Shown: positions 44,308 through 56,050, counted from the stretch's first letter. The stretch is DNA of 64,000 nucleotides from Desulfurivibrionaceae bacterium (GCA_030145325.1 JAQYVW010000004.1:24060-88059), one strand, 5' to 3'. Notes: a model not told the origin generated them from the sequence alone. Made by a program: numbers and translations.

Positions 44308-44404
44308 TCTCCCAGGGGTAAAAATTTTATTGACAGGATTGCTGAGGAGTTGATATAAGACTAAGTATATCTTAATTATCCTGTTGTTTGGACTGGGGGT
44401 GTCT

Positions 44405-44827
44405 GTGCGACTGACAAGAGCTGGTGAATATGCGGTTCGATGCGTTTTATGTCTGGCTCGACGTGGTCGGGGAGAGTTGGTTAGCCGTAAAGAGGTGGCC
44501 AACGAGGCGGATATCCCTGGTCAGTTTTTGGCCAAGATTGCTCAACAATTGGCGCGGCAGGGGGTTATTGAGATCTTGCAGGGCGCAGGTGGCGGCTACC
44601 GCTTGCTGGCTGAGCCGAACCATATCACCATGCTGGAGGTAATTGAGACTATCATCGGGGAAATATCCCTCAACGATTGTGTGGTTCGTCCTGCTTCCTG
44701 CGAAAATAGTGGTCTGTGCGCCGTGCATCAGGTTTGGTGTCAGGCCCAGGAGCAGTTGCGTGATCATCTGCGCGGGGTAACCTTTGCCGATCTCCTTGCT
44801 GAGGAAGATAAACTCTTGCATAGTTGA
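44405..44827 (+). CDS. Rrf2-family transcriptional regulator
   Basis: GTG start gives MRLTRAGEYAVRCVLCLA..., the canonical Rrf2 N-terminus. Cys residues (C..C.....C) are compatible with an Fe-S sensor. Precedes the cyd operon. Confidence 0.8.
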   Translation: MRLTRAGEYAVRCVLCLARRGRGELVSRKEVANEADIPGQFLAKIAQQLARQGVIEILQGAGGGYRLLAEPNHITMLEVIETIIGEISLNDCVVRPASCENSGLCAVHQVWCQAQEQLRDHLRGVTFADLLAEEDKLLHS

Positions 44828-44928
44828 CGGGTCAAGAAAGTATTTGTCAGGTGTGGCGTGGATGCGCTATAAATTGGTGATGTTCTCTGCTCGGCAGCTT
44901 TCGCGGGCAGGATTTCTCTGGAGGTATT

Positions 44929-45216
44929 ATGACCCCTTTGCTGAGAGTTGTTCATTTTTATCGGGATGGCTTCCGCTCTATGGTTCTGGGTCGGACCTTG
45001 TGGAAAATCATCATCATCAAGCTGGTGGTCATGTTCGGCGTTCTCAAGTTGTTCTTCTTTCCAAATTATCTGCAAACCAATTTTAATAATGATCGTGATC
45101 GCGCTGATCACGTGCTTGATGTTATTTCTCGGCCCGCAATGGTCGAGAATGAATCTCTGAACAAGGTCGGGGCGGGGGTGACTGTTGCGCCGCCCGCTTT
45201 TTACAAAGCCAAATAA
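44929..45216 (+). CDS. DUF4492-like small membrane protein preceding cydA
   Basis: 95 aa. FYRDGFRSMVLGRTLWKIIIIKLVVMFGVLKLFFF pattern, positioned directly upstream of cydAB. Confidence 0.6.
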   Translation: MTPLLRVVHFYRDGFRSMVLGRTLWKIIIIKLVVMFGVLKLFFFPNYLQTNFNNDRDRADHVLDVISRPAMVENESLNKVGAGVTVAPPAFYKAK

Positions 45217-45231
45217 CAAGGAGGTAGCAAG

Positions 45232-46767
45232 GTGCTGGAACAAATTGATCTGACCATGGTGAATTGGGCGCGGGCGCAGTTCGCGCTCACTGCCATGTAT
45301 CATTGGATCTTCGTGCCGTTGACCCTGGGGCTTTCCTTTTTGCTCGCCTTTTACGAGACCCTTTATTACAGAACCGGCAATGAGGAGTGGAAGCGGATTA
45401 CTAAATTCTGGATGGGTCTTTTCGCCATCAACTTTGCCATCGGCGTGGCCACCGGCATCATTCTTGAGTTTCAGTTTGGCACCAACTGGTCTAACTATTC
45501 ATGGATGGTGGGGGATATCTTTGGAGCGCCCCTGGCCATTGAGGGTATTTTTGCCTTTTTCCTTGAGGCAACCTTCTTTGCCGTGATGTTATTTGGCTGG
45601 GATCGAGTTTCGAAAAAATTTCATCTGGTCGCCACCTGGATGGTGGCCATTGGCTCCAATCTATCCGCCCTGTGGATTCTGGTTGCCAACGGCTGGATGC
45701 AGCACCCGGTGGGAATGCAATTTAATCCAGATTTGGCCCGTTTTGAGATGAAGGATATCGGCGCCTTGATTCTTTCGCCGGTAGCCGTCGGCAAGTTTAC
45801 CCATGTGACCAGTTCAAGTTTTCTCCTGGCGTCTCTGTTTGTGATCGGGATTTCTTCCTGGTACCTATTAAAAGGACGTCATGTGGAAATGGCCAAGAAG
45901 AGTATCATCGTCGCTGCCGTATTCGGGTTGGTTGCCTCGGCTCTGGTGGGGTTCACCGGCGATGAGTCCGCTTACAGCAACGCTCGTTTTCAGCCCATGA
46001 AACTGGCTGCCTTCGAGGGTTTATACGATGGTGAGACCTCGGCCGGGTTGGTGGCCATGGGGGTGATGAACCACGATAAACAGCCCGGTGACGACCAGGA
46101 TGCATTCCTGTTTGAGGTCAAGGTGCCGGGGGTGTTGTCCTTGCTTGCCAATCGAGAGGCTGGTTCTTTTGTCCCCGGTATCAATGATCTGCTCTACGGC
46201 AATGCCGAGCAAGGGGTAATGGGGGTTAAAGAGAAGATGGTGCAGGGCCGGATCGCGGTTAATCAACTTGCCGCCTACAAGGATGCGAAAAAGGCGGGAG
46301 ATGAGGTTGCGGCAAAGGCTGCCCTTGCCGCCTTTGTTCCGCATCAGGATTTTATCGGCTTTGGTTATCTGAATACCCCTGAGGAAGCGGTGCCGCCGGT
46401 GCCGTTGGTTTTCTACAGTTTTCATATCATGGTGATCTTGGGCACCATGTTGCCGATGATCTGTCTGCTTTTTCTTTTCTATACCTATAAAGACACCATT
46501 GCCAAACAGAAATGGCTTTTGGGGTTGGGGATGATTTCCATGTTTCTTGCCCATCTTGCCAGTCAGGCGGGCTGGGTGGTGGCGGAGGTTGGGCGGCAGC
46601 CGTGGGCGATTCAGAACCTGTTGCCGGTTTCTGTTGCTCGCAGCAACCTCACCACCGGCACGGTGCAGACCACCTTTTTCATGTTTTTAGTCCTCTTTAC
46701 CATCCTGCTGATTGCGGAAGTGGGGATCATGCTCAAGCAAATCAACATCGGCCCGGAGGAGAATTGA
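45232..46767 (+). CDS. cydA: cytochrome bd-type quinol oxidase subunit I
   Basis: 511 aa, GTG start. [21 protein letters not shown], a GWMQHPVG Q-loop region, and EVGRQPW near the C-terminus. Confidence 0.95.
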   Translation: MLEQIDLTMVNWARAQFALTAMYHWIFVPLTLGLSFLLAFYETLYYRTGNEEWKRITKFWMGLFAINFAIGVATGIILEFQFGTNWSNYSWMVGDIFGAPLAIEGIFAFFLEATFFAVMLFGWDRVSKKFHLVATWMVAIGSNLSALWILVANGWMQHPVGMQFNPDLARFEMKDIGALILSPVAVGKFTHVTSSSFLLASLFVIGISSWYLLKGRHVEMAKKSIIVAAVFGLVASALVGFTGDESAYSNARFQPMKLAAFEGLYDGETSAGLVAMGVMNHDKQPGDDQDAFLFEVKVPGVLSLLANREAGSFVPGINDLLYGNAEQGVMGVKEKMVQGRIAVNQLAAYKDAKKAGDEVAAKAALAAFVPHQDFIGFGYLNTPEEAVPPVPLVFYSFHIMVILGTMLPMICLLFLFYTYKDTIAKQKWLLGLGMISMFLAHLASQAGWVVAEVGRQPWAIQNLLPVSVARSNLTTGTVQTTFFMFLVLFTILLIAEVGIMLKQINIGPEEN

Positions 46768-46768
46768 T

Positions 46769-47905
46769 ATGTTTGGAAGTCTGGAATTATCACAACTGCA
46801 GGAACTATGGTGGCTGATCGCTTCCGTGGTCGGCTCGCTGTTTCTCTTCCTCACTTTTGTTCAGGGCGGCCAGACCTTGCTGGGGACGGTGGCCAAAACT
46901 GGTCCTGAAAAAATGCTGGTGGTTAACTCCCTGGGCCGGAAGTGGGAACTCACCTTCACTACCCTGGTCTTGTTCGGCGGGGCGCTTTTTGCCGCTTTCC
47001 CGAAGTTTTATGCCACCAGTTTCGGCGGCGCTTACTGGGTGTGGATGGCGATCCTCTTTACCTTTATCGTCCAGGCGGTGAGTTACGAGTTTCGGCGGAA
47101 GCCCGGCAATTTTCTCGGCAGTTCTGTTTATGAGTTCTTTTTGTTCGTGAACGGTAGCTTGGGCATCTTGTTGATCGGCGCGGCGGTGGGTACCTTTTTT
47201 ACTGGCTCGAATTTTTCATTGAACGACTATAATCAGGTGTCCTGGCAGCATTCATTGCGCGGTCTTGAGGCGGCGTTTAATCCCTTTAATGTCTGCTTCG
47301 GTTTGATGCTGGTTTTCCTCTCCAGGATCCTTGGGGCCATGTATCTCACCAATCATATTGATCATGAGCTGTTGGCTGTTCGTACCCGCAAGGCCACGCT
47401 GGTGAATCTGCTCTGCCTGTTGCCATTCCTGCTCTACGTTTTGTACGGATTTGCCACCATGGACGGTTTTGCGGTTGATCCGGCCACCGGTGTGATTGTG
47501 ATGGAGAAGGCCAAATATCTCCATAACCTGCTGGCCATGCCGGTAACGGCAGGGATGCTGCTGCTAGGGGTGGTGTTGGTGGTGGCGGGTGTTGTCGCCA
47601 ACGTTTTTATGGGTAAACGCAATGGCATCTGGTTCGGTGGTCTCGGCACGGTGCTGGTGGGGCTTGCCATCTTTTCCATTGCTGGCTATCACAACACTGC
47701 TTTCTATCCCTCTAAGTTTGCTCTTCAGAGCAGTCTTACCATCTATAATGCCTCCAGCAGCCATTATACCCTCACGGCCATGAGTTATGTGGCCTTGGCG
47801 GTGCCGCTGGTGCTGGCTTATATTGCCTATGTCTGGAGGGCCATGGATGCCAGGAAGTTTTCCGAGGCGGATCTTGTTGATGCTGATTTGAAGAAGCTCT
47901 ATTAA
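46769..47905 (+). CDS. cydB: cytochrome bd-type quinol oxidase subunit II
   Basis: ORF trimmed to the ATG at 46769, 2 nt after the cydA stop. Polytopic membrane protein of about 378 aa with a typical WWLI...LFLTFVQGG start. Confidence 0.9.
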   Translation: MFGSLELSQLQELWWLIASVVGSLFLFLTFVQGGQTLLGTVAKTGPEKMLVVNSLGRKWELTFTTLVLFGGALFAAFPKFYATSFGGAYWVWMAILFTFIVQAVSYEFRRKPGNFLGSSVYEFFLFVNGSLGILLIGAAVGTFFTGSNFSLNDYNQVSWQHSLRGLEAAFNPFNVCFGLMLVFLSRILGAMYLTNHIDHELLAVRTRKATLVNLLCLLPFLLYVLYGFATMDGFAVDPATGVIVMEKAKYLHNLLAMPVTAGMLLLGVVLVVAGVVANVFMGKRNGIWFGGLGTVLVGLAIFSIAGYHNTAFYPSKFALQSSLTIYNASSSHYTLTAMSYVALAVPLVLAYIAYVWRAMDARKFSEADLVDADLKKLY

Positions 47906-47923
47906 TGTATAAGGAGTAAGGAA

Positions 47924-48016
47924 ATGGCCGCATTGATGTTTGTAGTCTGGGTTTTAACCCTGGTGGTGTCTTACAAGGGCGCGGAGATGGTGCTCAGGAA
48001 GGCAAACAAGTTGTAA
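47924..48016 (+). CDS. 30-aa single-TM ORF after cydB (candidate CydX/CydS-type small subunit)
   Basis: Not in the ORF track because it is under 60 aa. AAGGAG Shine-Dalgarno 8 nt upstream. MAALMFVVWVLTLVVSYKGAEMVLRKANKL. Followed by a strong terminator. Confidence 0.5.
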   Translation: MAALMFVVWVLTLVVSYKGAEMVLRKANKL

Positions 48017-48050
48017 AGTAAATAAAACAAGCAATATCTTCTCTGTAAAA

Positions 48051-48088
48051 GGGGGAAGTCGCTTTTTCTGCGGCTTCCCCCTTTTTTT
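48051..48088. terminator. bidirectional rho-independent terminator (cyd operon / rodA)
   Basis: GGGGGAAGTCGC (48051-48062) pairs with GCGGCTTCCCCC (48070-48081), flanked by AAAA and T7. Confidence 0.8.
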
Positions 48089-48095
48089 GTCTCGG

Positions 48096-49208
48096 TCAGG
48101 AAGAAGCCATGTAGCGGCGCATGCGAATGTTCATCAGGATGCCGATGCCGATCATGGTGGTCATCAGGGAAGAGCCCCCGTAACTGAACAGAGGCAGGGG
48201 CATGCCCACCACCGGCAGTAAGCCCATAACCATGGCCAGATTGATGAAGGCCTGCCAGAAGATTAGCGAGACAATGCCAAAGGCGAGCAAAACCCCGAAT
48301 TTATCTCGCGACGAAACGGCGATATTGAGTCCCCAAAGGATCATGAAGAAGTAGCAGCCCAACAGGATCAATGACCCGACAAATCCCCACTCTTCAGCCC
48401 AGACCGAGAAGGCGAAGTCGGTGTGCCGTTCTGGTAAAAAGTCCAGTTGTCCCTGGGTGCCATGCATGAATCCCTTGCCAAATTTCAGGCCGCTGCCCAC
48501 CGCTATTTTTGACTGCATGATGTGGTAACCGGTGTTAAGGGGATCGCCCTCCGGATTCATAAATGTTTCGATTCGTTGCCGTTGGTATGGCTTGAGGAAA
48601 AATTTCCAGCCAATGGGGATGGCGGAAAGGCAAGTTCCGCTAAGAATTGCCAGGGTTTGCCATCTTAGTTTTACAAACAGGGTCATGGAGACAAAAATAA
48701 ACAGTAGCATCAGAGCGGTGCCCAAATCCGGCTGTTTAAGAATTAAGAGAAAGGGGAGAGCGGTGAGTAGCATGGGCACCGTAAGCTCTTTCAGCGAAAA
48801 ACCCTTGCCGGTGTCCTTGCGATAGTAGTAGCTGGCCAGGGTAATCACCAGGGTGAGTTTGGCCGGTTCTGAGGGTTGTAGGTAGAAAAAGCCGAAGTTG
48901 ATCCAGCGCTGGGTGTTGGCAACTGATTTGCCGAAGAGCAGTGAAAAGAGCAGCAGTAGGCAGGCAATGACATAGAGCGAATAGTTCCAGCTCAGCAGCA
49001 CCTTGTAGTCAACACTGACGATGGCGAGGATTAGTCCAAAGCCGATTATGAAGAAGTAGAGTTGTTTCATGTAAACCGGGGTGCCCAGCATTCGCCCGGA
49101 GTGGCTGGCGCTATACAGATTGGTCAGACCCATGATGCCAATCAAGACCAAGATGAGGAGTAGAACCCAATCGAAGTTGAGAACAAGACGACGATCAAAA
49201 CGGAGCAT
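48096..49208 (-). CDS. rodA: SEDS-family peptidoglycan polymerase RodA
   Basis: 370 aa, polytopic. QPSEPAKL, PERHTDFAFS and GLLPVVGMPLPLFSYGGSS motifs. Downstream of mrdA. Confidence 0.9.
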   Translation of the reverse strand: MLRFDRRLVLNFDWVLLLILVLIGIMGLTNLYSASHSGRMLGTPVYMKQLYFFIIGFGLILAIVSVDYKVLLSWNYSLYVIACLLLLFSLLFGKSVANTQRWINFGFFYLQPSEPAKLTLVITLASYYYRKDTGKGFSLKELTVPMLLTALPFLLILKQPDLGTALMLLFIFVSMTLFVKLRWQTLAILSGTCLSAIPIGWKFFLKPYQRQRIETFMNPEGDPLNTGYHIMQSKIAVGSGLKFGKGFMHGTQGQLDFLPERHTDFAFSVWAEEWGFVGSLILLGCYFFMILWGLNIAVSSRDKFGVLLAFGIVSLIFWQAFINLAMVMGLLPVVGMPLPLFSYGGSSLMTTMIGIGILMNIRMRRYMASS

Positions 49209-49217
49209 ATGGTGTCC

Positions 49218-51083
49218 TTATGGCTGCAATTTTTGGGCGACGGCAGTTTTTTTGGCAAAATAGCGTTGAAGAATCTGTTTTGCCACCGGCCCGGCTGCGG
49301 ATCCGCCGTGACCTCCGTGTTCGATGAGAACGGTGACGGCTATTTCTGGATTCTCGGAGGGAGCAAAGCAGGTGAACCAGGCATGGTCACGGTATTTGTA
49401 GGGGATTTCTTCCGGTTTGGCATCTCTGTATTTGGAAAGATGAATAACCTGAGCGGTGCCGGTTTTGCCACCCACGGAGATCTCTTTAAGGCGTGATGCT
49501 TGGCCGGTGCCGTGCGGTTCGTTAACCACCGCTGTTAATGCTTCGCGGATGATGTCAAGGTCTTCCTGGGTGCCAAGGGCGTGGCCTTCGATGATGGGCT
49601 CGAATTGTTTAATTTTTTTGCCGTCCGGATCGGTGATTGATTCTACGATTTGTGGCTGGAAGAGGATGCCGCCGTTGACAGTGGCAGCGGTCATCCGGCA
49701 AACCTGTAGTGGGGTAGTTAGGTTGAAGCCTTGGCCAATGGCCACCGACAGGGTTTCGCCATCTTGCCAGGATTCATTGTATCTTTTTCGTTTCCAGGCC
49801 TCGGTGGGGGTGAGGCCTGATTTCTCATTTTCCATTTCAAGGCCGGTTTTGCTGCCCAGGCCAAGGCTATGCGCATAGCGGGCCAAGGTGTCTACACCAA
49901 GTTTTTGACCCATTTGGTAGAAGTAGACATCGCAGGATTCCTTCAGGGCGCGCCGCAGGTTCACCGGTCCATGACCGGTTTTTTTCCAGCAGCCGTATTT
50001 GCGATTACCGAAGGAGTAATAGCCGGGGCAGTAGACAATGGTTTCCGGAGTAGTTGCTCCTTCGCTTAATGCCGCTAAGGCGGTGACGATCTTGTAGGTG
50101 GAACCGGGTGGGTATTGGCCCTGAATAGTTTTATCAATCAACGGGTGCAGCGGGTTGTTGAGCATTCCTTTCCAGGCCACGGTGGAGATTCCACCGATGA
50201 ATTCTTCGAGATGCATGGCCGGAGTACTGGCCATCGCCAGCAGCTTGCCGGTTTTTACATCCATGGCTATCACCGCCCCGGCTTTGTCGGCCATGGCTTT
50301 TTCTGCCGTTTCCTGGAGGTCGATGTCGATGGTCAGTTGCAGGTCGTCACCGGGCAACGGTTTTCTGACCTTGATCTGTTTCTGTTCCAGGCCGTGGACA
50401 TCCACCTCTAGATATTTGCGGCCTTTTTCGCCATGGAGATATTTCTCGTAAATTTTTTCGATGCCCATCTTGCCAATCTGGTCGCCCAGATCGTAATCGC
50501 CATCGGCGTGCTTTTTCATCTCTTTTTCGTTGATTTCACCAAGGTAGCCGATCAAATGTGAGGCGAGATCGCCGTGCAGGTAGTCGCGAGTAGGAAGAAC
50601 CTCAATGCGGACCCCAGGCAGATCAAGACGGTGGTTTTCGATATAAACCAGGGTTCGCCAGTCGATGTCTTCCTGGAGGCGGAAGGGCATATACCGAGGG
50701 TGATCGGCGTAGGAGCGAATGCGTTTTAAGAGGACAGAGATGTCTTCGTGGAGGATGCGAGAAAGTTTTTTGAGAACAACATCCGGGTTGGGGGCGTCCT
50801 CTCGAACCCAGACGATGTTAAAGCAAGGGCGGTTAGTGATGATGATTCTTCCCTGGCGATCGAGAATATTGCCGCGCGGGGCGTTGAGATCCTGCGCCCG
50901 AACCCGGTTGTTTTCCGAAAGTTGGGCATAATCATCGCCCCGATGTATTTGTAGATACCAGAGGCGAACGATGAGGATGGCAATGAAAAATATTGCCACC
51001 GCCGTGGCGATATCGATCCTCCGCTTGAGCGTATTCAGCTCAGCCTCGTCCATCTTATGGATGCTGGTAAGGAATCGACTCAT
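49218..51083 (-). CDS. mrdA: penicillin-binding protein 2 (elongasome transpeptidase)
   Basis: 621 aa. RGNILDRQG, an SxxK motif (PPGSTYK), and KTGTA. Confidence 0.9.
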   Translation of the reverse strand: MSRFLTSIHKMDEAELNTLKRRIDIATAVAIFFIAILIVRLWYLQIHRGDDYAQLSENNRVRAQDLNAPRGNILDRQGRIIITNRPCFNIVWVREDAPNPDVVLKKLSRILHEDISVLLKRIRSYADHPRYMPFRLQEDIDWRTLVYIENHRLDLPGVRIEVLPTRDYLHGDLASHLIGYLGEINEKEMKKHADGDYDLGDQIGKMGIEKIYEKYLHGEKGRKYLEVDVHGLEQKQIKVRKPLPGDDLQLTIDIDLQETAEKAMADKAGAVIAMDVKTGKLLAMASTPAMHLEEFIGGISTVAWKGMLNNPLHPLIDKTIQGQYPPGSTYKIVTALAALSEGATTPETIVYCPGYYSFGNRKYGCWKKTGHGPVNLRRALKESCDVYFYQMGQKLGVDTLARYAHSLGLGSKTGLEMENEKSGLTPTEAWKRKRYNESWQDGETLSVAIGQGFNLTTPLQVCRMTAATVNGGILFQPQIVESITDPDGKKIKQFEPIIEGHALGTQEDLDIIREALTAVVNEPHGTGQASRLKEISVGGKTGTAQVIHLSKYRDAKPEEIPYKYRDHAWFTCFAPSENPEIAVTVLIEHGGHGGSAAGPVAKQILQRYFAKKTAVAQKLQP

Positions 51084-51616
51084 ACGCGAAAGCGGTTGCC
51101 GGATTTCGGGCGCAGAAATGATTGTTTGCGGATATCTTGCCGGGCAAGGTCATAAATGAGAGCGCAGAAGTGGTAAAAAGGGATGGCGATAACGGCCAGA
51201 ATCAGTGTTTCCAGGATAATGTCGCGCCATGACCAGACAAGTGGAGAGTCGGGAGCAAGGATTGCCGCGAAGATAAAGATGCTGCTGCTGGTTAAGAGAT
51301 AGCTTGCTGCCGCCAACGGCGCTTGGTGAACGGTTTCGTCGATGACCAGGAGTCTAGAAAGACCTTGCAGGAGGAAAAAAAGGAGCAGGTAGATCACCGG
51401 GTAGAGGCCGAGAAAAACGCCAGCGAAGATGTCGGTCATCAAGCCGAAAAACAGCGCCAGTAATGCGCCGGGAAAGATATCGAAGCGGATGGCGATGAAG
51501 ACGATGAGTAAAAAGAGTAAATCTGGGTTACCCATCCATGACGGCAACATGGTGAAAATGGTGGTCTGGATGGTGAGAAGGGTGGCACCCAGAAAAAGAA
51601 ATATGAAAATTAGCAT
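51080..51616 (-). CDS. mreD: rod shape-determining protein MreD
   Basis: 178 aa hydrophobic protein between mreC and mrdA. 4-nt overlap with mrdA. Confidence 0.75.
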   Translation of the reverse strand: MLIFIFLFLGATLLTIQTTIFTMLPSWMGNPDLLFLLIVFIAIRFDIFPGALLALFFGLMTDIFAGVFLGLYPVIYLLLFFLLQGLSRLLVIDETVHQAPLAAASYLLTSSSIFIFAAILAPDSPLVWSWRDIILETLILAVIAIPFYHFCALIYDLARQDIRKQSFLRPKSGNRFRV

Positions 51617-51662
51617 GTCAGTCTGCTGTCGGGGCGGTGGTTGTGGCCGTACTTGGTTCGCA

Positions 51663-52496
51663 CTATTCGGCCAGTGAATTTTCTTTCATGATGATAATGA
51701 GGTGTTCGAGCTGTGAAAAGTCCACCGCTGGTTTGATGTTAATCTGTTGAAACATGCCGCGTCGGCTTTCGGTGACCTTGGTTACCGTACCCACCTTTAA
51801 TCCTTTCTGGAAGACACCGCCGAGACCGGAGGTAACGATGTTGTCGCCTTGGTTTATCTCCCAGTTCTTGAGCACGTAATGCAACTGGTAGTCGGTGCCG
51901 TTGCCCTTGATAATGCCCTGCGCTCTGGTGTTCTGGACCGTGACGTCAATGGCGCTGTTGGGGTCGGAGGCCAGTAGAACCTTGGCGTAGTGGGGGGATG
52001 AACTCATGATCTGGCCGACGATTCCTTCGATGGTTACCACCGGCATTCCTTGTTTGACTCCGTCACTACTGCCTCGGTCAATGATTACGGTCTTGAACCA
52101 CAGCGACGGATCTTTACCGATGATTCGGGCGGTGAGGGTGGGGGGGGGCAGGGATTCCTTGAGGTCAAGAAGTTTGGCTAGACGGACATTGGTGGCTGCC
52201 GCTTCCCGGTAGTCGTTATTGATGGCTTTGATTTTTTGTAGTTCAGTGCGTAAACGCAAGTTTTCGTCACGAACATCCACCAAGGCGATGTAGCCGCTCC
52301 AGACAGAGGAGAAAACGCCGGTGATACTGGTGATGCCGGACTGGGCCTTGCCGACCAGTTCCAGGGTGAGTTTGTGGGGGGCGTTGAACTGCCGCCGACC
52401 AACGGTGGCGACAATCAACATCAGAATGAGGACCAGAAGGACGCCAAAAAGCAAGAGGGCTTTAATTTGGCGGGCGCGTTTGGTTCGTTTCCTCAT
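51663..52496 (-). CDS. mreC: rod shape-determining protein MreC
   Basis: 277 aa. N-terminal TM, a coiled coil (ENLRLRTELQKIK), and beta-domains (VVTIEGIVGQI, IVTSGLGGVFQKGLKVG). Confidence 0.85.
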   Translation of the reverse strand: MRKRTKRARQIKALLLFGVLLVLILMLIVATVGRRQFNAPHKLTLELVGKAQSGITSITGVFSSVWSGYIALVDVRDENLRLRTELQKIKAINNDYREAAATNVRLAKLLDLKESLPPPTLTARIIGKDPSLWFKTVIIDRGSSDGVKQGMPVVTIEGIVGQIMSSSPHYAKVLLASDPNSAIDVTVQNTRAQGIIKGNGTDYQLHYVLKNWEINQGDNIVTSGLGGVFQKGLKVGTVTKVTESRRGMFQQINIKPAVDFSQLEHLIIIMKENSLAE

Positions 52497-52593
52497 GTTG
52501 GATCACTTTTGTGGTTACGGCAACTGTTGTGACGATAAAAAGTAGCCGACGGGGTGATTTCCCGAACCGTCATCGGCGGTGTCGCGGTCAGAA

Positions 52594-53763
<1,170 letters not shown>

Positions 53764-53958
53764 TTAAAAAAATGTGTATTTTTATGTGTTTTGACGGGGT
53801 TGAAATTGGCGCTATTCTAGCAGACCGGAATATCATTAGCAAGAAAAATGGCGGTTGTCTGGTTGAGAAAAAACTTGACATGGTTTTCTGCCTCGTGGTA
53901 TTGAAATGACGCAATCGCAACGACCCCGTTGTGTTTGTGTCCAGTTAAGATTTGGTGT

Positions 53959-54034
<76 letters not shown>

Positions 54035-54178
54035 AATTTATCCTAAAAATATTGTTCTATTTTTGTCTTTTTGGGGAGGGCCTGCTCGGTTTTTCTCATA
54101 AACGGCAAAGCCTCTGCTGGTAATTAAGAATTGGCCTTCTTCTCGCCGCAGGGGCTTTTTTAGTTGTCTGGGAGAGTC

Positions 54179-54370
54179 ATGGCTGATCCGAAAAATACAT
54201 CCCCAGGCAATGCTGAAACGGTTGGCAAGCCGGTTGCAGACGAGACCATTTTGAAAGTGGCCAAGGAGGTTGTGGTCAAGTTCATTGAGGTCGGGCGCCT
54301 TTCTCCTGCCAATTTCAACGAAACTTTTCAGGATGTTTATCGTTCGGTGCGTGATGCCGTTCGCTCCTAG
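54179..54370 (+). CDS. small hypothetical protein (63 aa)
   Basis: ATG at 54179 after a GGGAGAG Shine-Dalgarno. No family recognised. Confidence 0.4.
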   Translation: MADPKNTSPGNAETVGKPVADETILKVAKEVVVKFIEVGRLSPANFNETFQDVYRSVRDAVRS

Positions 54371-54430
54371 TTTTCATCTTCTTGCCCTGCCTGTCCTTGG
54401 TGGTGTGCAACTACCGGGGAGTGTTGTCCT

Positions 54431-55891
54431 GTGAATTCCTCTCTCGGTTTAGATAAGCCTCTTCTTGATCCTGCCCTGAATTATTTTCCAAAAAAAGTAC
54501 AACATATTCACCTGATGGGGGTTTGTGGAACCGGCATGGGTTCTTTGGCTGGGATGCTCAAGGCCAGTGGTTTTACGGTGACTGGCTCGGATCAGCATGT
54601 CTATCCGCCCATGAGTGATTTCCTCGCTGGGCTGGGGATTGAGGTGCTAAGCGGCTATGGCCCTGAAAACCTGGCATCTTGTCCCGATCTGGTGGTGGTG
54701 GGTAATGTCATCACCCGCAAGAATCCCGAGGCCTTGGCCTTGGCCGCTTTAGGGCTGCCATATCTTTCTTTCCCGCAGATGTTGAGTGATTATTTTCTTG
54801 CAGCCAAGACCTCTCTGGTGGTGGCGGGTACCCACGGCAAAACAACGACCTCGTCGCTGCTTGCGACCATGCTCCATGACGCCGGGTTGGCGCCCTCCTT
54901 TATGATCGGTGGACTGGTGCAGGCCTTCGGCAGTAATTTCCATCTTGGCGATGGTGCACATTTTGTTGTCGAGGGTGATGAGTACGACACCGCTTTTTTT
55001 GATAAGGGGCCGAAGTTTCTTCATTATCGACCGAATATTGCCATCATTACCAGTATTGAGTTTGACCATGCTGATATCTATGCGGATCTTGAGGCCGTGA
55101 AGCGTTCTTTCCGCCGCTTGGTGGCGATTATGCCCCCAGATGGTTGTCTGGTTGCCTGTGTTGATGATCCAGTGGTGCGCGAGGTGGTTGCCGAGGCTCC
55201 CTGTCGGGTGCTTGGTTATGGCGAAAGTGACGGGGCGACCTGGCGGCTGGATGATCTACAGGTTACCCCCGGCGGAACTGATTTTACGGCTAGTAAGGAT
55301 GGCAAATTGTTCGGAAGCTTCCACAGTGTCATGCCCGGTCGCCACAATGCTCTGAACGGCTTGGCGGTGATTGCGGTGTTAGATCGGCTCGGGGTTGGTC
55401 CGGAAGCAATTGCCTCCGGCTTGGGCGGTTTTGCCGGGGTTCGCCGTCGGCAGGAGGTGCGCGGCACGGTGGGCGGGGTGACGGTGATCGATGATTTCGC
55501 CCATCACCCCACCGCCGTTCGGGAGACCCTTGCCGCTTTGGCCAGCGCCTATGCCGGGCGGCGGTTGGTTGCTGTTTTTGAGCCGCGGACCAATTCCAGT
55601 CGCCGTCGGGTTTTTCAGGATGCCTATGTGTCTGTCTTTGATCATGCCCAGGAGGTGTTGATCAAGGAGCAGGAGCCGTTGACCAATGTGGCGGCTGATG
55701 AGCGATTCTCTTGTCGGCAACTGGCTGAAGATCTGACCCGGCGTGGCATTGTGGCCCGATACTTCCCCGATACCGACGCGGTGATCGCCTATTTGGTCGC
55801 CCATGCCCGCTCCGGGGATGTACTGGCTGTTCTTTCTAATGGTGGTTTTGATAATATTCATACCCGTCTTCTTGCCGCTTTGTCCGCTTAG
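54431..55891 (+). CDS. mpl: UDP-N-acetylmuramate:L-alanyl-gamma-D-glutamyl-meso-diaminopimelate ligase (Mur ligase family, Mpl-like)
   Basis: 486 aa. IHLMGVCGTGMGSLAGML N-terminal domain, GTHGKTTT P-loop, and DDFAHHPT. Confidence 0.8.
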   Translation: MNSSLGLDKPLLDPALNYFPKKVQHIHLMGVCGTGMGSLAGMLKASGFTVTGSDQHVYPPMSDFLAGLGIEVLSGYGPENLASCPDLVVVGNVITRKNPEALALAALGLPYLSFPQMLSDYFLAAKTSLVVAGTHGKTTTSSLLATMLHDAGLAPSFMIGGLVQAFGSNFHLGDGAHFVVEGDEYDTAFFDKGPKFLHYRPNIAIITSIEFDHADIYADLEAVKRSFRRLVAIMPPDGCLVACVDDPVVREVVAEAPCRVLGYGESDGATWRLDDLQVTPGGTDFTASKDGKLFGSFHSVMPGRHNALNGLAVIAVLDRLGVGPEAIASGLGGFAGVRRRQEVRGTVGGVTVIDDFAHHPTAVRETLAALASAYAGRRLVAVFEPRTNSSRRRVFQDAYVSVFDHAQEVLIKEQEPLTNVAADERFSCRQLAEDLTRRGIVARYFPDTDAVIAYLVAHARSGDVLAVLSNGGFDNIHTRLLAALSA

Positions 55892-56050
55892 CCTTCCCTC
55901 TCTTTCATGTAATTACTTCTAATCACTTCGGTGTGGTGTTTCTTGCTGTCCTTCCGTAGTTGTTGAGCATTATGTCCTAGGTTTTTTGTCTTTGATCTCT
56001 GCGGCACGAATTATTCCGTAATGAGTTCTTGGTCATATTCATGGTGTTGG

